Assembly: GCA_965242695.1 (NCBI GenBank)
Contig: CBDESU010000001.1
Span: 768,001 to 832,000, forward strand
Source of the DNA: Cenarchaeum sp.
GTDB lineage: Archaea; Thermoproteota; Nitrososphaeria; Nitrososphaerales; Nitrosopumilaceae
DNA length: 64,000 nucleotides
Direction of reading: 5' to 3'
A program made the position numbers and the translations under genes. Position 1 is the first letter of the stretch. Each line of letters opens with the position of its first letter. Of this stretch, positions 1 to 10,357 are shown one piece after another. A model generated the notes under the pieces. The model was not told the DNA's origin. It did not search any database and saw only the letters and a list, made by a program, of their open reading frames with translations.

Positions 1-1228
1 CCGCGGCGGCCACCTCTGCGCGCAGCTCGTCGCGGCGCGCCGTCAGCCGCTCGATCTCGGCCGCCGCGGCCCTTGCGGCCTCGGTAGCCGATGCCTCGGC
101 CGCGCCGGCCTCTGCCCTGAGCAGGTCCCTCTTGGCGGCCAGCCGGTCGATCTCGGCAGAGGCCGCGCGCGCCTCGGACGTGGCCCTTTCGGCCCCCTCG
201 GCCTCGGCCCGCACCCTGTCGCGCCGCACCTCGGCCTCCTTTGCCTCAGAGTCCAGGCGCGCCAGGCGGTCGGTAGCCCTGCGCACGTCCTCGTCGGCCT
301 GATCGCGCCTTGCCGCGAGCAGGTCGAGCGAGTACTGCGCATCGTTGTTGCGCGCGGCCAGGTCTGCCGCGGCGGCCTGCAGGCCTGCGACCTCCTCCTT
401 TGCCTCCGCCAGGGCCTCGCCGGCCCTGGCCATCTCGTCGATCTCGGACCTTTTGCCGGCGATGTCTGCCTCGGCCCGCTCCAGCCTGTCCCTTGCCGCC
501 TCCAGCTCTTCTGCCAGGCGCGCCCGCTCGGCCGCGGCCGCCTCGCCCTCGCGCCTTGCCTCGTTGAGCTCCCTCTTTGCGGACATGAGCCTGCCGACGA
601 CATCGTCGTACTCGGCGCGCACCTTTGCAAGTCTGTCAGTCGACGATGCGAGGGCCTCGCTTGCCCGCTCTATCCTGCCCTCGATCTCGGCAAGCTCGGC
701 GCGCCGCGCCTCCGCCTGCCCCGCATCGACCGGCGGAGGCGGCATCGGCGGCGGTGCACCCGTGCCGGGCTCGGCAGCGGCATCCCCTGCATCGGGGCCC
801 CGCGCCGCCTCCTGCCGCGCCTCCTCCGCCGTCTGTTCCATGTCACAATAGAGATAATTGGCGCCCAGGGCGTGCGCCTCCTGCCGCGCCTCCTCCTCCG
901 CCTGTTCCTCTCCGCCTGCGGGCGGCTCCGCACCCGCGCCGCCCTCTGGGCTAGGCGGCTCCGCACCCGCGCCGCCTTCCTGGCCGGGATCGCATCCGCC
1001 GGCGCCCTCTCCGCCGTCTGCGCCCCGCCCCGTACCGTCTGCTCTTACCTCGCCAGGCCCTGCTTGATCCGGGCCGCCGCCTGCCTCGGTCCCCGACCCT
1101 GTCGGGCAGGGCTCGGCCGGCGCGGCCCCTCCCGTTCCGCCAGCCCCCTCCGGCCCGACGTGGTCGGCATCCTCGATCAGCTCGCCGTGCTCGTTGTACC
1201 TCTTCTTCGACCAGCGCGGCCAGCCCAT
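1..1228 (-). CDS. Long coiled-coil protein with acidic/Gly-rich N-terminus (partial, runs off window)
   Basis: Open frame from ATG 1228 (MGWPRWSKKRYNEHGELIED...) into heptad-like AELAEIEGRIER...AEYDDVVGRLMSAKRELNE; T-rich TATA-like tract 23 nt upstream; absent from ORF track because it has no stop in the window. Confidence 0.75.
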   Translation of the reverse strand, partial: MGWPRWSKKRYNEHGELIEDADHVGPEGAGGTGGAAPAEPCPTGSGTEAGGGPDQAGPGEVRADGTGRGADGGEGAGGCDPGQEGGAGAEPPSPEGGAGAEPPAGGEEQAEEEARQEAHALGANYLYCDMEQTAEEARQEAARGPDAGDAAAEPGTGAPPPMPPPPVDAGQAEARRAELAEIEGRIERASEALASSTDRLAKVRAEYDDVVGRLMSAKRELNEARREGEAAAAERARLAEELEAARDRLERAEADIAGKRSEIDEMARAGEALAEAKEEVAGLQAAAADLAARNNDAQYSLDLLAARRDQADEDVRRATDRLARLDSEAKEAEVRRDRVRAEAEGAERATSEARAASAEIDRLAAKRDLLRAEAGAAEASATEAARAAAAEIERLTARRDELRAEVAAA

Positions 1229-1641
1229 GCGCCGCGCAGGCGGCCCGCACTAAAAAAACGTGCGCCGCTGCGGCGCGGGATCCTGCGTGCATATTCGGGC
1301 CTGGCAAGCGACGCGCGCGTCGGCGGCTAGGGCGCGGTTGACGCTAGGGGCCTCGATGCCTGCCGCCGTCCGCCTCCCTGCGGCAGGCGCCGCGGAACGC
1401 GCGGGCCGCCGCCCCGGGCATGTCGACAGGCATGGCCAGAGAGGGGGGCACGCCGCGGCCCCGGATCGAGCCTCCGGCAAGGCATGGCTGGACTCCGAGG
1501 CCGGACTAGCCCCTGCCGGCGGTACCTTGCTGGCACGGGACCGCGGCGCAGGCCGATTGTGGGCCGGGCCCCGCCGTCCCCGGCACATCGTGCCAGGATC
1601 CATGCTCTTGAGCGCTTTTTTTGCACGCTTCGGCGCGACAA

Positions 1642-2364
1642 CTACGCACGTTTGGAATCAAGCTCGGCGCGCAGGCTGTCAAGCGTGTCGTATTCTCCCC
1701 TTGCAAGGCGACGCAAGTCTTCGTCCATTTCTTCGGCATCCGCCTGCGTACAGAGGCCCGGCTCCATGTTGTTGGCCATCCTGGCGATGTACTCGCCTAT
1801 CGTCTCCGTGGGGAGCTTGTCCTCCTCTAGTTCCGCCAGCAGGGGGCAGCCCAGCGACTCCGCCTTGCTCGCCTCCATACCATGCGTTCCGTCGACCGCC
1901 TTTAGTTTGAATTTAATGACCACGCGCGGCTGACCGAGGCGGTTTGTCTCGACACCAAAGCCGTGCGAAACATACACTACGCGGGAGCTGAATGCCAAGT
2001 CACTGCCCTCCTTTGTGAAATGGAGGACCGTATAGCCGTCATCAGCCGAACGGCTCAGGACGAGGTTGTCGCCAGACATTTGCTGGTTTTGGATGCCGTC
2101 GGGATCGGCATTTTGTCCCGTGTATGAAACGGCGGTGCCGCCATCGGCGTTGGCGTGCCCGTGGCTGATGCCGGCTAGGTGCACAAGCACCATGCACTTG
2201 TTCGCCCTGCTGACTCGTATGCCGCCCCTCAGCGGCACGCCGAACCTGGCGCCAAGCTCCTTGTCGCTAAACCTCTCGCCCTCCCGAGGGATTGCTACTG
2301 TCGGAGGCGGCACAGGTTCCGACGCGACATCCGGCGTGCGGACAATTTCCTGATGTGCGCTCAC
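1642..2364 (-). CDS. SRA/YDG-like domain protein without a nuclease domain
   Basis: GERFSDKELGARFGVPLRGGIRVS...VSYTGQ...QQMSGDN...VLHF...RVVIKFKL matches the pattern of SRA domains in 5mC-dependent SRA-HNH enzymes; GTG start 24 nt after TTTATA (2388-2393). Confidence 0.6.
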   Translation of the reverse strand: MSAHQEIVRTPDVASEPVPPPTVAIPREGERFSDKELGARFGVPLRGGIRVSRANKCMVLVHLAGISHGHANADGGTAVSYTGQNADPDGIQNQQMSGDNLVLSRSADDGYTVLHFTKEGSDLAFSSRVVYVSHGFGVETNRLGQPRVVIKFKLKAVDGTHGMEASKAESLGCPLLAELEEDKLPTETIGEYIARMANNMEPGLCTQADAEEMDEDLRRLARGEYDTLDSLRAELDSKRA

Positions 2365-2624
2365 ATTGCGCCCCCGCCGAATTGGTGTATAAACTATCCG
2401 ATTGGCGCATGCGAGAAGTGCACCCGCAAAGGGCGCCGGCGCCGCCCGATGCAACTGCATCGTCCATGTGGCCGATTCGGGGCGGCGCCCTGTCTTGCCC
2501 TGCATTGGACATGGCGGCATGTGGCGGCGGCCGGGCATGGGGGCGGAGGAAGGGCCGGTGCGCCCGCCCGATCGCCGATCGGCGAGCCCGAATTGCATAT
2601 AGGGGGGCGCTCGACAGCCGCGGC

Positions 2625-3488
2625 ATGCAGGAGCGGGGGACGGGCGGGTCCGCGGAGGGGGATGCCCACAGCATCACAGTACTCGAGGATCTCCTTGAAG
2701 CCTGCCGTGCGCAGGGCGGGTCCGCGGATGCCGCCGCCCGAGAGGGCAGGACGGATGCCGATGCCGCCGCCCGAGAGGGCAGGACGGATGCCGATGCCGC
2801 CGCCCGAGAGGGCAGGACGGATGCCGATGCCGCCGCCCGAGAGGGCAGGTACGAGTTCCAGGAGGCGTTCGTCACGCTGGTCAATCCAGCCGGCCTGCTC
2901 GACATGGAGTGGTGCGGGGCGGCGGCCGGCAGGATGAGGGATGCCGCGGTGCGGTCGGGATACGGCGCAGGAGCCAAGATGTCGTCGCTTCTGGCCGACG
3001 TCTTTGCGGCCATGGCGGACATCGCCGGCAGGCCCGTCGGGGACGGTGCCCTGGGCCATGCCGAGGCAGCGCACCTGTCGATGATGAGGGTGCTGTGCGG
3101 CGCGGCCCGCGCGTACAGGGATTGGAGGGATGCCGAGCCGATCGCCGATCTGGAGGATGCGAAGAGGGCAATCGAGCGCCAGATATCCATGGCCAACTGG
3201 TGCCGCGATGCGCTGAGTGCCGCCGGCGGGCACCGGGGTCCGATTCCTGTCGTGCCAGGCGGGACGGATGCGGGCCGTACGTGCGGGGATGTCATAAGGG
3301 AGGAGCAGGAAGGGGCTCGGGCTCGGGCTTGGACGCGCGGGTACGATCCGGTGCTTCCACGGCTGCAGGGCGAGGTATACTGGGACGGCGACACCACCGA
3401 CATGTCGGGGACGGAATATCTTGCCATGATGAGGGGCAACATTCCCGATGATTACGAGCTGGTGCGGATCAGGACGGCGGGCGAGTAG
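2625..3488 (+). CDS. Hypothetical helical protein with 11-aa repeat
   Basis: ATG 2625 lies 23 nt after GAATTGCATATAG (2590-2602); in frame with ORF 2292..3488. Confidence 0.6.
   Translation: MQERGTGGSAEGDAHSITVLEDLLEACRAQGGSADAAAREGRTDADAAAREGRTDADAAAREGRTDADAAAREGRYEFQEAFVTLVNPAGLLDMEWCGAAAGRMRDAAVRSGYGAGAKMSSLLADVFAAMADIAGRPVGDGALGHAEAAHLSMMRVLCGAARAYRDWRDAEPIADLEDAKRAIERQISMANWCRDALSAAGGHRGPIPVVPGGTDAGRTCGDVIREEQEGARARAWTRGYDPVLPRLQGEVYWDGDTTDMSGTEYLAMMRGNIPDDYELVRIRTAGE
2727..2849 (+). repeat. 33-bp coding tandem repeat, ~3.7 copies (DAAAREGRTDA)
   Basis: GATGCCGCCGCCCGAGAGGGCAGGACGGATGCC repeated directly. Confidence 0.9.
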
Positions 3489-3727
3489 CGGCAGAGCAGA
3501 GGACGCGGGTGCGATCGACTCACCGGCGCAGCGCGACGCGGCCGGCGATCGGGCGGGCTTGTCGCGTCCTGCCTGGACGTCGCCGCCCGGGCATCCGGAA
3601 GGGAGGGGACGAATGAGGGAAGGTGCCGAGCCTGCTGGCCGCCCTGCCGCCGCGCCGGACGCCGATGCGGGCATGCGCCGCCCTGCCGCGTGCGCTCCAG
3701 CACTGGCTGCCGCGCACCTTGGCCGCG

Positions 3728-4786
3728 CTAGCCCCGTCCGCCGCCGCCGCTGCCTGGCCGCCCCGTCCCCGCCGGCCCGTCCGTCCCCGCCGGCGAGGCC
3801 GGCGTTTGGCGGGCGAGCCTTGCGGGCGAGATGTCCCGCACGTACCTGCAAACCTCTGCTATGAACAGATCTCCCCTGCTGAGCCGCTCGGCCTCGCCGC
3901 ACGCGGCGGCGGCCTCGTCGAAGCGGCCCAGCGTCGCAAGGGCAATGCTGCGGCAGGCGAAGGCTTCGCCGTTGTCAGGATCGAGCCTCACCATCTCGCC
4001 GCACGCGGCAAGCGCCTCGTCGTGGCGCCCCATGCCCTGGAGGACCAGGCCGCGCATGCTGTAGGCCGCGCCGCTGTCTGGCTTGATCCGCAGCACCTTG
4101 TCGCACGCGGCAAGCGCCTCGCCGTACCGGCCGGCCTCCATGAGTATGTCGCCGCGCAGCTGGTGCACGCCCGGGCTGCCGGGCTCTAGGGCCGCGGCCC
4201 TGTCCAGCGAATCGAGCGCGCTGCCGATGCGGCCGAGCTTGCGGAGCGCATGGGCGCGCAGGTGGTGCGCGACCCGGTCGCCCGGATCCAGGGCCGCGGC
4301 CCTGCCGAACGCCTCGAGCGCCTTCCTGGCCCTGCCAGACTTGAGCAGCACCCTGCCCCTTCCAATGTGGGCATTGGACTGCCTCGGGTCGATCCGGACG
4401 GCCGCATCGAACGCGGCCATCGACTTTTTGAGCATGCCGCACTCTAGCAGCGCATCGCCCCTTCCGATATGTGCGTCGGGAAGCAGGGGATCGAGGCGCG
4501 CCGCCTCGTCGAACGAGGCGAGCGCATCCTCCCGCCTGCCCTCTATGAGCATCTTGTATCCGTAGTCGACGCGGCCGTCGGCCTGGCCACCGCCGCTCGC
4601 CGCCCCCGCCTCTGCCTCCCCCGCCGCCCCGCCGCCGCCGCCGGACTGCGCTCCGAGTCCCTGGGCATCATCGGCCGCCTGCGAGACGAATTCAGACTCG
4701 ACCTCTCCCCTCTTCATGGCGCGCCTCCTTCCCGTGCCGCCCCGCCCGCGCGCCGCCTTCGTTTTGCCTCCCCGCGCGGCTGCCAC
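3728..4786 (-). CDS. Tetratricopeptide repeat protein
   Basis: About 7 TPR motifs (AHIGRGDALL, ALAACDKVLRIKP, AYSMRGLVL). Confidence 0.85.
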   Translation of the reverse strand: MAAARGGKTKAARGRGGTGRRRAMKRGEVESEFVSQAADDAQGLGAQSGGGGGAAGEAEAGAASGGGQADGRVDYGYKMLIEGRREDALASFDEAARLDPLLPDAHIGRGDALLECGMLKKSMAAFDAAVRIDPRQSNAHIGRGRVLLKSGRARKALEAFGRAAALDPGDRVAHHLRAHALRKLGRIGSALDSLDRAAALEPGSPGVHQLRGDILMEAGRYGEALAACDKVLRIKPDSGAAYSMRGLVLQGMGRHDEALAACGEMVRLDPDNGEAFACRSIALATLGRFDEAAAACGEAERLSRGDLFIAEVCRYVRDISPARLARQTPASPAGTDGPAGTGRPGSGGGGRG

Positions 4787-4826
4787 GCCGGGCGGCCGGA
4801 TGCGGACGATTTGTGCCGTGCGCCGG

Positions 4827-5057
4827 TCAGCGGGGCCTGTGCGGCCCGCCTCCGTCCTGCCGCGCCTCGTCCCTCTTGGCGGTGCGGTACCTGATCACAA
4901 ACCCCAGCCCGCCGATCACAAATCCAGCCACTATGGCGGCCGCGCCCAGCCCCGGCATCTCGGTCAGGTACAGGGGCCCCACGATGAACAAAAAGCACCC
5001 GACCAGGACGAGGAACATGCCGGATCCGATCCGCCGGTTGTGCGCATCGTGGACCAT
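4827..5057 (-). CDS. Small two-TM membrane protein
   Basis: Two hydrophobic helices; ATG overlaps lysS stop (TGATG). Confidence 0.7.
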   Translation of the reverse strand: MVHDAHNRRIGSGMFLVLVGCFLFIVGPLYLTEMPGLGAAAIVAGFVIGGLGFVIRYRTAKRDEARQDGGGPHRPR

Positions 5058-6814
5058 CAGGCCGCCCCCTCCCTGATGATCCCGCACACCCTAGCCGGCC
5101 CCATCTCGGCTATCAGCGGGCCTAGGCGCGGGCCGCGCGGCGAGCCGACGAGCATGCCGTACAGGGCCTTGAACATGTCGCGCGGCCGGGCGCCGCGCGC
5201 CCTCGCGCATGCAAACACCTCTCCCTGTATGCGGTCCGCCATGCCGTCCCCGCCCGCGCCGCCCTTCTCGCCCGCGATGCGCTCTAGCGCATCGGCAAGG
5301 TCGGACAGGGCCGCGCGCACGGCCGCATCCCTCGCGCCTGCGGCGCCCCCTGCCTTTTCTCCGCCTTCCGCGGCGGCCGCCCCTTCTTTCTTCGCGGGAG
5401 CCTGCTCGTCGGCGTACCGGGCGGCCATCCCGACCATGTCGGCGAGGCTCGACGATCCCCACGCGTCGCCCCGTTCGTACCCGTGCCCGCCGGCGAGCCT
5501 CCCGACTACCATCTCCTCGCGGCCCTCGACGGTCCCGAACGTGCGGCACATCTCGACGAGCAGGCCGTACCGCGGCGGCGGCCTCGGCGGCCACCGCTCC
5601 ATCCCGGGCGGATCCAGCAGGTGCACGTACTCGAACAGCCCCCTCTCCTTGGAGCGCCTTCCGGGACCCTCTTGCGCGCCGGCCTCTGTGTCCCCGCCGC
5701 CGTAGTACGCCGCCGCAAGGTCGGCGTACTCGTCCATGAGGGCCGGCACGTCCTCGAGTCCGAGCTCGCGCGCGCCGGCGATCCTCTTGTACATGAGCAG
5801 CAGGATTGACTCTGGCGAGGCGTACCGCAGCCACCTCTGCGCAGTCAGGACGTTGCCCGACGACTTTGAGATCTTTCTGCCGCCCTTGTCCAGGAACATC
5901 TCGTACCTCGCGTGGTGCGGCGGCGGCGTGCCGAGCACCTCTTTGCACACCCAGTCGTTGACGCGCACAGAGTCCATGATATCCTTGCCGTACGCCTCGA
6001 ACCTCACGTCGAACGCCTGCCAGCGCGCGGCAAACTCCACCTTCCATGCCAGCTTGCCGAGGTCGCTCCCCACGCGCGACTCGCCGGCGTGCCCGCAGCC
6101 GGCCACGAACGAGCCGCCGATGTCGGCCCCCGCGCACTCGTACGAGACGCTTTCCGTACGCGGGTCGTACGAGACGGCGCGCGCCGTGTACAGCCTCTGG
6201 CACGCACCGCACACGGGAAAGTACGGCAGCGCGCCGCGGAACTTTGACTGCCCGACCATCTCCTCTATCCGCTCGCCGATGCGCCCGGCCTCAGACAGTA
6301 TCCTGTTCGTCTGGGCGCGGAATGCGCCGCCGGCGTACGAGTCGCGCGCCCTCCTGAACACGTACTCGATGCCGAGCGCGTCGAGCCCCTCTAGGAGCAG
6401 CGAGCTCATGCGCTCGCCGTACGAGGCATAGCTCCCGTCGGGGTCTGGCACGAGCGAGACGGGCTTTGCGATGTGCTCGGCAAGCGAGGCGGGCATCCCG
6501 TCGGGCACCTTGCGCAGGCCGTCGAGGTCGTCCGAGTATGCGATCAGCTCGGATCGGCGGCCCGTGGCCTCTACTGCGAGCTTTACGCCGTACGCACGCA
6601 CCGCATCGCCGAGGCTGCCGAGGTGGGGTATCCCCGACGCGCCGAGCCCGCTCTCGACCCTGATCATATCCGTGTCGCGGCCAAGCCGCTCCTCGCGGCG
6701 CAACAGGTCGTCGGCGAGCTTGTCGATCCAGGTGCCCCTCCCGATTATCCGGCCGTGGGCGGCTTCCGCGGGGGGCGCGCCGCCGCCCGCGTCCGCCGCT
6801 GCCGCAGCCGCCAC
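5057..6814 (-). CDS. lysS: Lysine--tRNA ligase, class I
   Basis: ESGLGASGIPHLGS (HIGH-like), KISKSSGN (KMSKS-like), GKLAWKVEFAARW, GPRLGP; GTG start overlaps elp3 stop. Confidence 0.95.
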   Translation of the reverse strand: MAAAAAADAGGGAPPAEAAHGRIIGRGTWIDKLADDLLRREERLGRDTDMIRVESGLGASGIPHLGSLGDAVRAYGVKLAVEATGRRSELIAYSDDLDGLRKVPDGMPASLAEHIAKPVSLVPDPDGSYASYGERMSSLLLEGLDALGIEYVFRRARDSYAGGAFRAQTNRILSEAGRIGERIEEMVGQSKFRGALPYFPVCGACQRLYTARAVSYDPRTESVSYECAGADIGGSFVAGCGHAGESRVGSDLGKLAWKVEFAARWQAFDVRFEAYGKDIMDSVRVNDWVCKEVLGTPPPHHARYEMFLDKGGRKISKSSGNVLTAQRWLRYASPESILLLMYKRIAGARELGLEDVPALMDEYADLAAAYYGGGDTEAGAQEGPGRRSKERGLFEYVHLLDPPGMERWPPRPPPRYGLLVEMCRTFGTVEGREEMVVGRLAGGHGYERGDAWGSSSLADMVGMAARYADEQAPAKKEGAAAAEGGEKAGGAAGARDAAVRAALSDLADALERIAGEKGGAGGDGMADRIQGEVFACARARGARPRDMFKALYGMLVGSPRGPRLGPLIAEMGPARVCGIIREGAA

Positions 6815-8511
6815 TATGCGCCGCCCCCGCGCAGGTCGCGCGACATGTAGGGGCCGCGCCGCTCGTAGCCTATCTTGCGGTAGTACTCGCGCGTGCCGAC
6901 GGCGCTGATCACGAGGAGCCGTTCCGCGCCGAACTCGCCGTGCGCTACGCGCTCGGCCTCTGCCATGAGCCGCCTGCCGAGGCCCGAGTGCTGGATGGAT
7001 GCGGAGCGGCCCGCGGGGCCGCCGCCGTTTGATCCTCCCTCGCCTATCGCAAGCGACCTCCCGTACACGTGCAGCTCCCTTACGATGCAGCACTGCGCGC
7101 CGTCGAGCTCGGGCCGCGCCGCGCGGGCGCCGGGCCTGCGCACACGGACGAATCCGTATATGCGCCCCCGCCCGTCGACGTACGAGATGAACGCCTCCCT
7201 GCCGCCTGACGCCTCGTAGTCGGCCCTGTCTATATGCAGGGGGCCGGGATCGCCCCTGGCGCCCCCGCCCCCGTTCCCGCCGCCGGCCGGCGATGCCCAC
7301 TCCAGCCCCGCCTCCCTGCACCGTATGCACTCGCATCTGGTGCCGTCTGCGCGCATAATCTCGCGGACTGCCTGCCTGAGGTTGCCGGCGCGCGGCCCCG
7401 CCACGATGGCCGACGGGGGCAGCTCGCGCTGCACCCTCATAATGCGCACCCACCGCGGCACCCTGGCCTTTACGGACGCGAGCAGCCGCGCGGCCTCGGT
7501 GTCCGTGTACGGCTCGTACTCGCCTCGCGCGTACCGCTCGCGCAGCGGCGTCCCCTCTAGCACAAGCGTCGGGTATATCTTTAGCATGTCGGGGCGCAGC
7601 GCGGGATCGTCCCACAGCCTTGCAAAGTCCTCCTCGTCGCCTCGCATCGTCGCGCCGGGCAGCCCGGGCATCATATGCGCGCACACCTTGTATCCGGCGT
7701 CCCTTGCCGCCCTGAATGCCTCGACGACATCTGCGAGCGTGTGGCCCCTGTTCGACTCGCGGTACGCCTCTTCGCGCAGCGACTGCACCCCGATCTCTAC
7801 GCGCGTCGCGCCGAGGGCGAGCATCGCATCGACGTGCTCCTCGCCGCAGTAGTCTGGCTTTGTCTCTATGGCGAGGCCGACGCAGCGGCGCGCGGCCGTC
7901 TCGTTTGCCGCCATCGCCTCCTCGATCCCCTGCGAGGCATGCCCGTTGAGCGCATCGTAGCACGACCTTGCAAACCACTCGCGGTACGGCCCGGGCATGA
8001 ACAGGAACGTGCCGCCGACGATGACGACCTCTATCTTTGACGTGGCGTGGCCGGATGCGGCGAGCCGCTCGATGCCGGCGGCCGCCTGCGCGCGCGGGTC
8101 GTACCCGACCGAGATGGCGCCCATTGCGGGCGGCTCGTGGCCGGTGTAGCTGTTCGGCGTGTTGACGGCCTCGCCGCCGGGGCAGTACGTGCACCTGCCG
8201 TGCGGGCATGCGTACGGCATGGGCATTACCGTGACGACGGCGACGCCGGATGCCGTCTTTGCCGGCTTTTTTGCAAGGACGCGGCCGAGCGCGGCGCGCT
8301 CGCCCTCGGTCGGCGCGGCGGCGAGTATGTCGCGGTACGCGGGGATGCGCGGCAGGGCCATTGCGCCGCACACCCTCCTGATCTCGGCGAGCGCATCGCG
8401 CCGCAGCGGGTCGCCCATGGCCAGTATGGCGCGCGCGATCGCCCCGCACGCCTCGGCGTGCCTGTCCGCGCCGGCCCTCCCCGCCGGCCGCTGCTCGGTC
8501 TCTGCCAGCAT
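6814..8511 (-). CDS. elp3: Elp3 tRNA uridine(34) acetyltransferase (radical SAM + GNAT)
   Basis: CPHGRCTYCPGG radical SAM motif, LKIYPT, VRELHVYG, QHSGLGRRL, ISAVGTREYY; ATG 23 nt after TTTATT. Confidence 0.95.
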   Translation of the reverse strand: MLAETEQRPAGRAGADRHAEACGAIARAILAMGDPLRRDALAEIRRVCGAMALPRIPAYRDILAAAPTEGERAALGRVLAKKPAKTASGVAVVTVMPMPYACPHGRCTYCPGGEAVNTPNSYTGHEPPAMGAISVGYDPRAQAAAGIERLAASGHATSKIEVVIVGGTFLFMPGPYREWFARSCYDALNGHASQGIEEAMAANETAARRCVGLAIETKPDYCGEEHVDAMLALGATRVEIGVQSLREEAYRESNRGHTLADVVEAFRAARDAGYKVCAHMMPGLPGATMRGDEEDFARLWDDPALRPDMLKIYPTLVLEGTPLRERYARGEYEPYTDTEAARLLASVKARVPRWVRIMRVQRELPPSAIVAGPRAGNLRQAVREIMRADGTRCECIRCREAGLEWASPAGGGNGGGGARGDPGPLHIDRADYEASGGREAFISYVDGRGRIYGFVRVRRPGARAARPELDGAQCCIVRELHVYGRSLAIGEGGSNGGGPAGRSASIQHSGLGRRLMAEAERVAHGEFGAERLLVISAVGTREYYRKIGYERRGPYMSRDLRGGGA

Positions 8512-8590
8512 GCCGCACGGTGGAGACGCGCCGAATAAATCCCTAGCGGCGGATCGAAAGGCAAATATGCGCGCCGATCGGCGCCGGGGC

Positions 8591-9145
8591 ATGGCCGGGA
8601 GGTCTGGGCGGCGCGCGGCGGGGGCTGCCAAGCCGCGCGCGCCGGCGGCGAGGCGCAGGGGCGCGCGGGCGGCCTCTGCTCCAAAGGCAAGGGCGGCAAA
8701 GGCCGCCCCGCGCCGCCGCCCCGTCAGGCGCCCGATCAAGGTGCTCGTCGCAAAGCTCGGACTCGACGGCCACGACCGCGGCGCCCTCGTCCTGTGCAGG
8801 GCGTTCCGCGACGCGGGCATGGAGGTCGTCTACTCGGGGCTGTTTGCCACGCCGGACAGGGTGGCCCAGATGGCCGAGGACGAGGACGCCGATGCCGTCG
8901 CGCTGAGCCTCCTCAACGGGGCGCACGGCACGCTGTTCCCGCGCGTGGTCCAGGCGATCAGGAAGAAGGGAATCGACGACGTCCTCGTCGTCGGGGGCGG
9001 CGTCATACCCGACGCAGACCGCAAGGATCTGGTCGATGCCGGCATCAGCGGCGTGTTCGGGCCGGGCACCCCGCTGCCCGAGGTGATCGAGCACATATCC
9101 GGCGGCGTCAGGCGGCTGCGCAACGTGGCCGTGCCGGCGGCCTAG
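8591..9145 (+). CDS. Methylmalonyl-CoA mutase, cobalamin-binding small subunit, with basic N-terminal extension
   Basis: IKVLVAKLGLDGHDRGA (DxHxxG), VVGGGVIP, VFGPGT. Confidence 0.92.
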   Translation: MAGRSGRRAAGAAKPRAPAARRRGARAASAPKARAAKAAPRRRPVRRPIKVLVAKLGLDGHDRGALVLCRAFRDAGMEVVYSGLFATPDRVAQMAEDEDADAVALSLLNGAHGTLFPRVVQAIRKKGIDDVLVVGGGVIPDADRKDLVDAGISGVFGPGTPLPEVIEHISGGVRRLRNVAVPAA

Positions 9146-9284
9146 CTTCCTCCCTTTGCCTTCCGAGCCTGCCGCGCGTTCAGCCTAGGGTGCTGCCGAG
9201 CCGCGCGCCGATCTCGCACTGCTTCAGCGACTCGCCGACGGCCGGCACATGGATGTGCATGGGGGGAGGGCGCCGCAGGGCAGC

Positions 9285-10286
9285 CTACTCGGTAGAGTCC
9301 GGCCACATCATCTTGCGCATGCGCCTGCCGACCTGCTCGATCTCGTGAGAGTCGAGCTCGCGCATGGGCCTCTCGAACGCGTCGGCGCCGTCCTTCTCGT
9401 ACGCCTCCGTCCACTCCTTGTTGAACGTGCCGTCCTGGATCATGTCCAGCACCCTTCTCATCCTGGCCTTTGCGTCCGCGTCGATCACGACGGGGCCGCG
9501 CGTCAGGCCGCCGTACCGGGCCGTCTCGCTCACGCGCCGCCACATGCCGTTGATGCCGTACCGCTGTATCATGTCGACGATGAGCTTTAGCTCGTGGAGC
9601 ACCTCAAAGTAGGCGATCTCGGGCTGGTAGCCTGCCTCGACGAGCGTCTCGAACGCATTGACCACCATCGACGCAGAGCCGCCGCACAGGTCTGCCTGCT
9701 CACCAAACCAGTCCGTCTCTACCTCTTCCTTGAAGGTCGTCCGTATGAGGCCGGCCCTGGCGCTGCCGATCGCCTTGCCGAGCGCAAGGGCGCGGTCCCA
9801 CGCCCTTCCGGTGCTGTCCTGCTCTACTGCCACGATGGACGGGGTGCCGAACCCGTCTAGGTACGTCTCGCGCACCTTCGAGCCGGGCCCCTTTGGCGCG
9901 ACCATTATGACGTCGGCATCGGCCGGCGCCCTTATCCAGCCCCAGTGTATGGCGGCAGCATGCGAGAACGACAGCGCGTTGCCCTTTGAGAGGCCCGGCG
10001 CTATCTCGTCGGCGTACGTGCGCGCCTGGACCATGTCGGGTATGAGGACGTGGACGATGTCGGCCTCCCTGCACGCGTCCGGCACGGGCATGACCGTATG
10101 GCCGTCGGCCTCTGCCTTCTTTGCGGACGCGCCGCCTGGCCTGAGCCCGACCACCACGTCCAGCCCAGAGTCCTTCATATTGTTGGCCTGCGCGTGGCCC
10201 TGTATGCCGTACCCGATCACGGCTACGGTCTGCCCCTTTATCGGATCCAGGCTGATGTCCGCATCCTTCCAAGTCTGCGCCGGCAC
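9285..10286 (-). CDS. ilvC: Ketol-acid reductoisomerase
   Basis: VAVIGYGIQGHAQA, VAPKGPG, ETDWFGEQADLCGG, AYFEVLHELKLIVD, SETARYG. Confidence 0.96.
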   Translation of the reverse strand: MPAQTWKDADISLDPIKGQTVAVIGYGIQGHAQANNMKDSGLDVVVGLRPGGASAKKAEADGHTVMPVPDACREADIVHVLIPDMVQARTYADEIAPGLSKGNALSFSHAAAIHWGWIRAPADADVIMVAPKGPGSKVRETYLDGFGTPSIVAVEQDSTGRAWDRALALGKAIGSARAGLIRTTFKEEVETDWFGEQADLCGGSASMVVNAFETLVEAGYQPEIAYFEVLHELKLIVDMIQRYGINGMWRRVSETARYGGLTRGPVVIDADAKARMRRVLDMIQDGTFNKEWTEAYEKDGADAFERPMRELDSHEIEQVGRRMRKMMWPDSTE

Positions 10287-10357
10287 GGGCGGGCCCGTCC
10301 GCCCTGCAAATATTAACCAACTAGCGCGGGGCGCATCGGCCTGCCTCGCGCGTGGGC

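Noticed and set aside
5057-8518. 1153-aa LysS fusion from the ORF track
   Set aside because: The N-terminal half is an off-frame read of elp3; LysS homology starts near 6814
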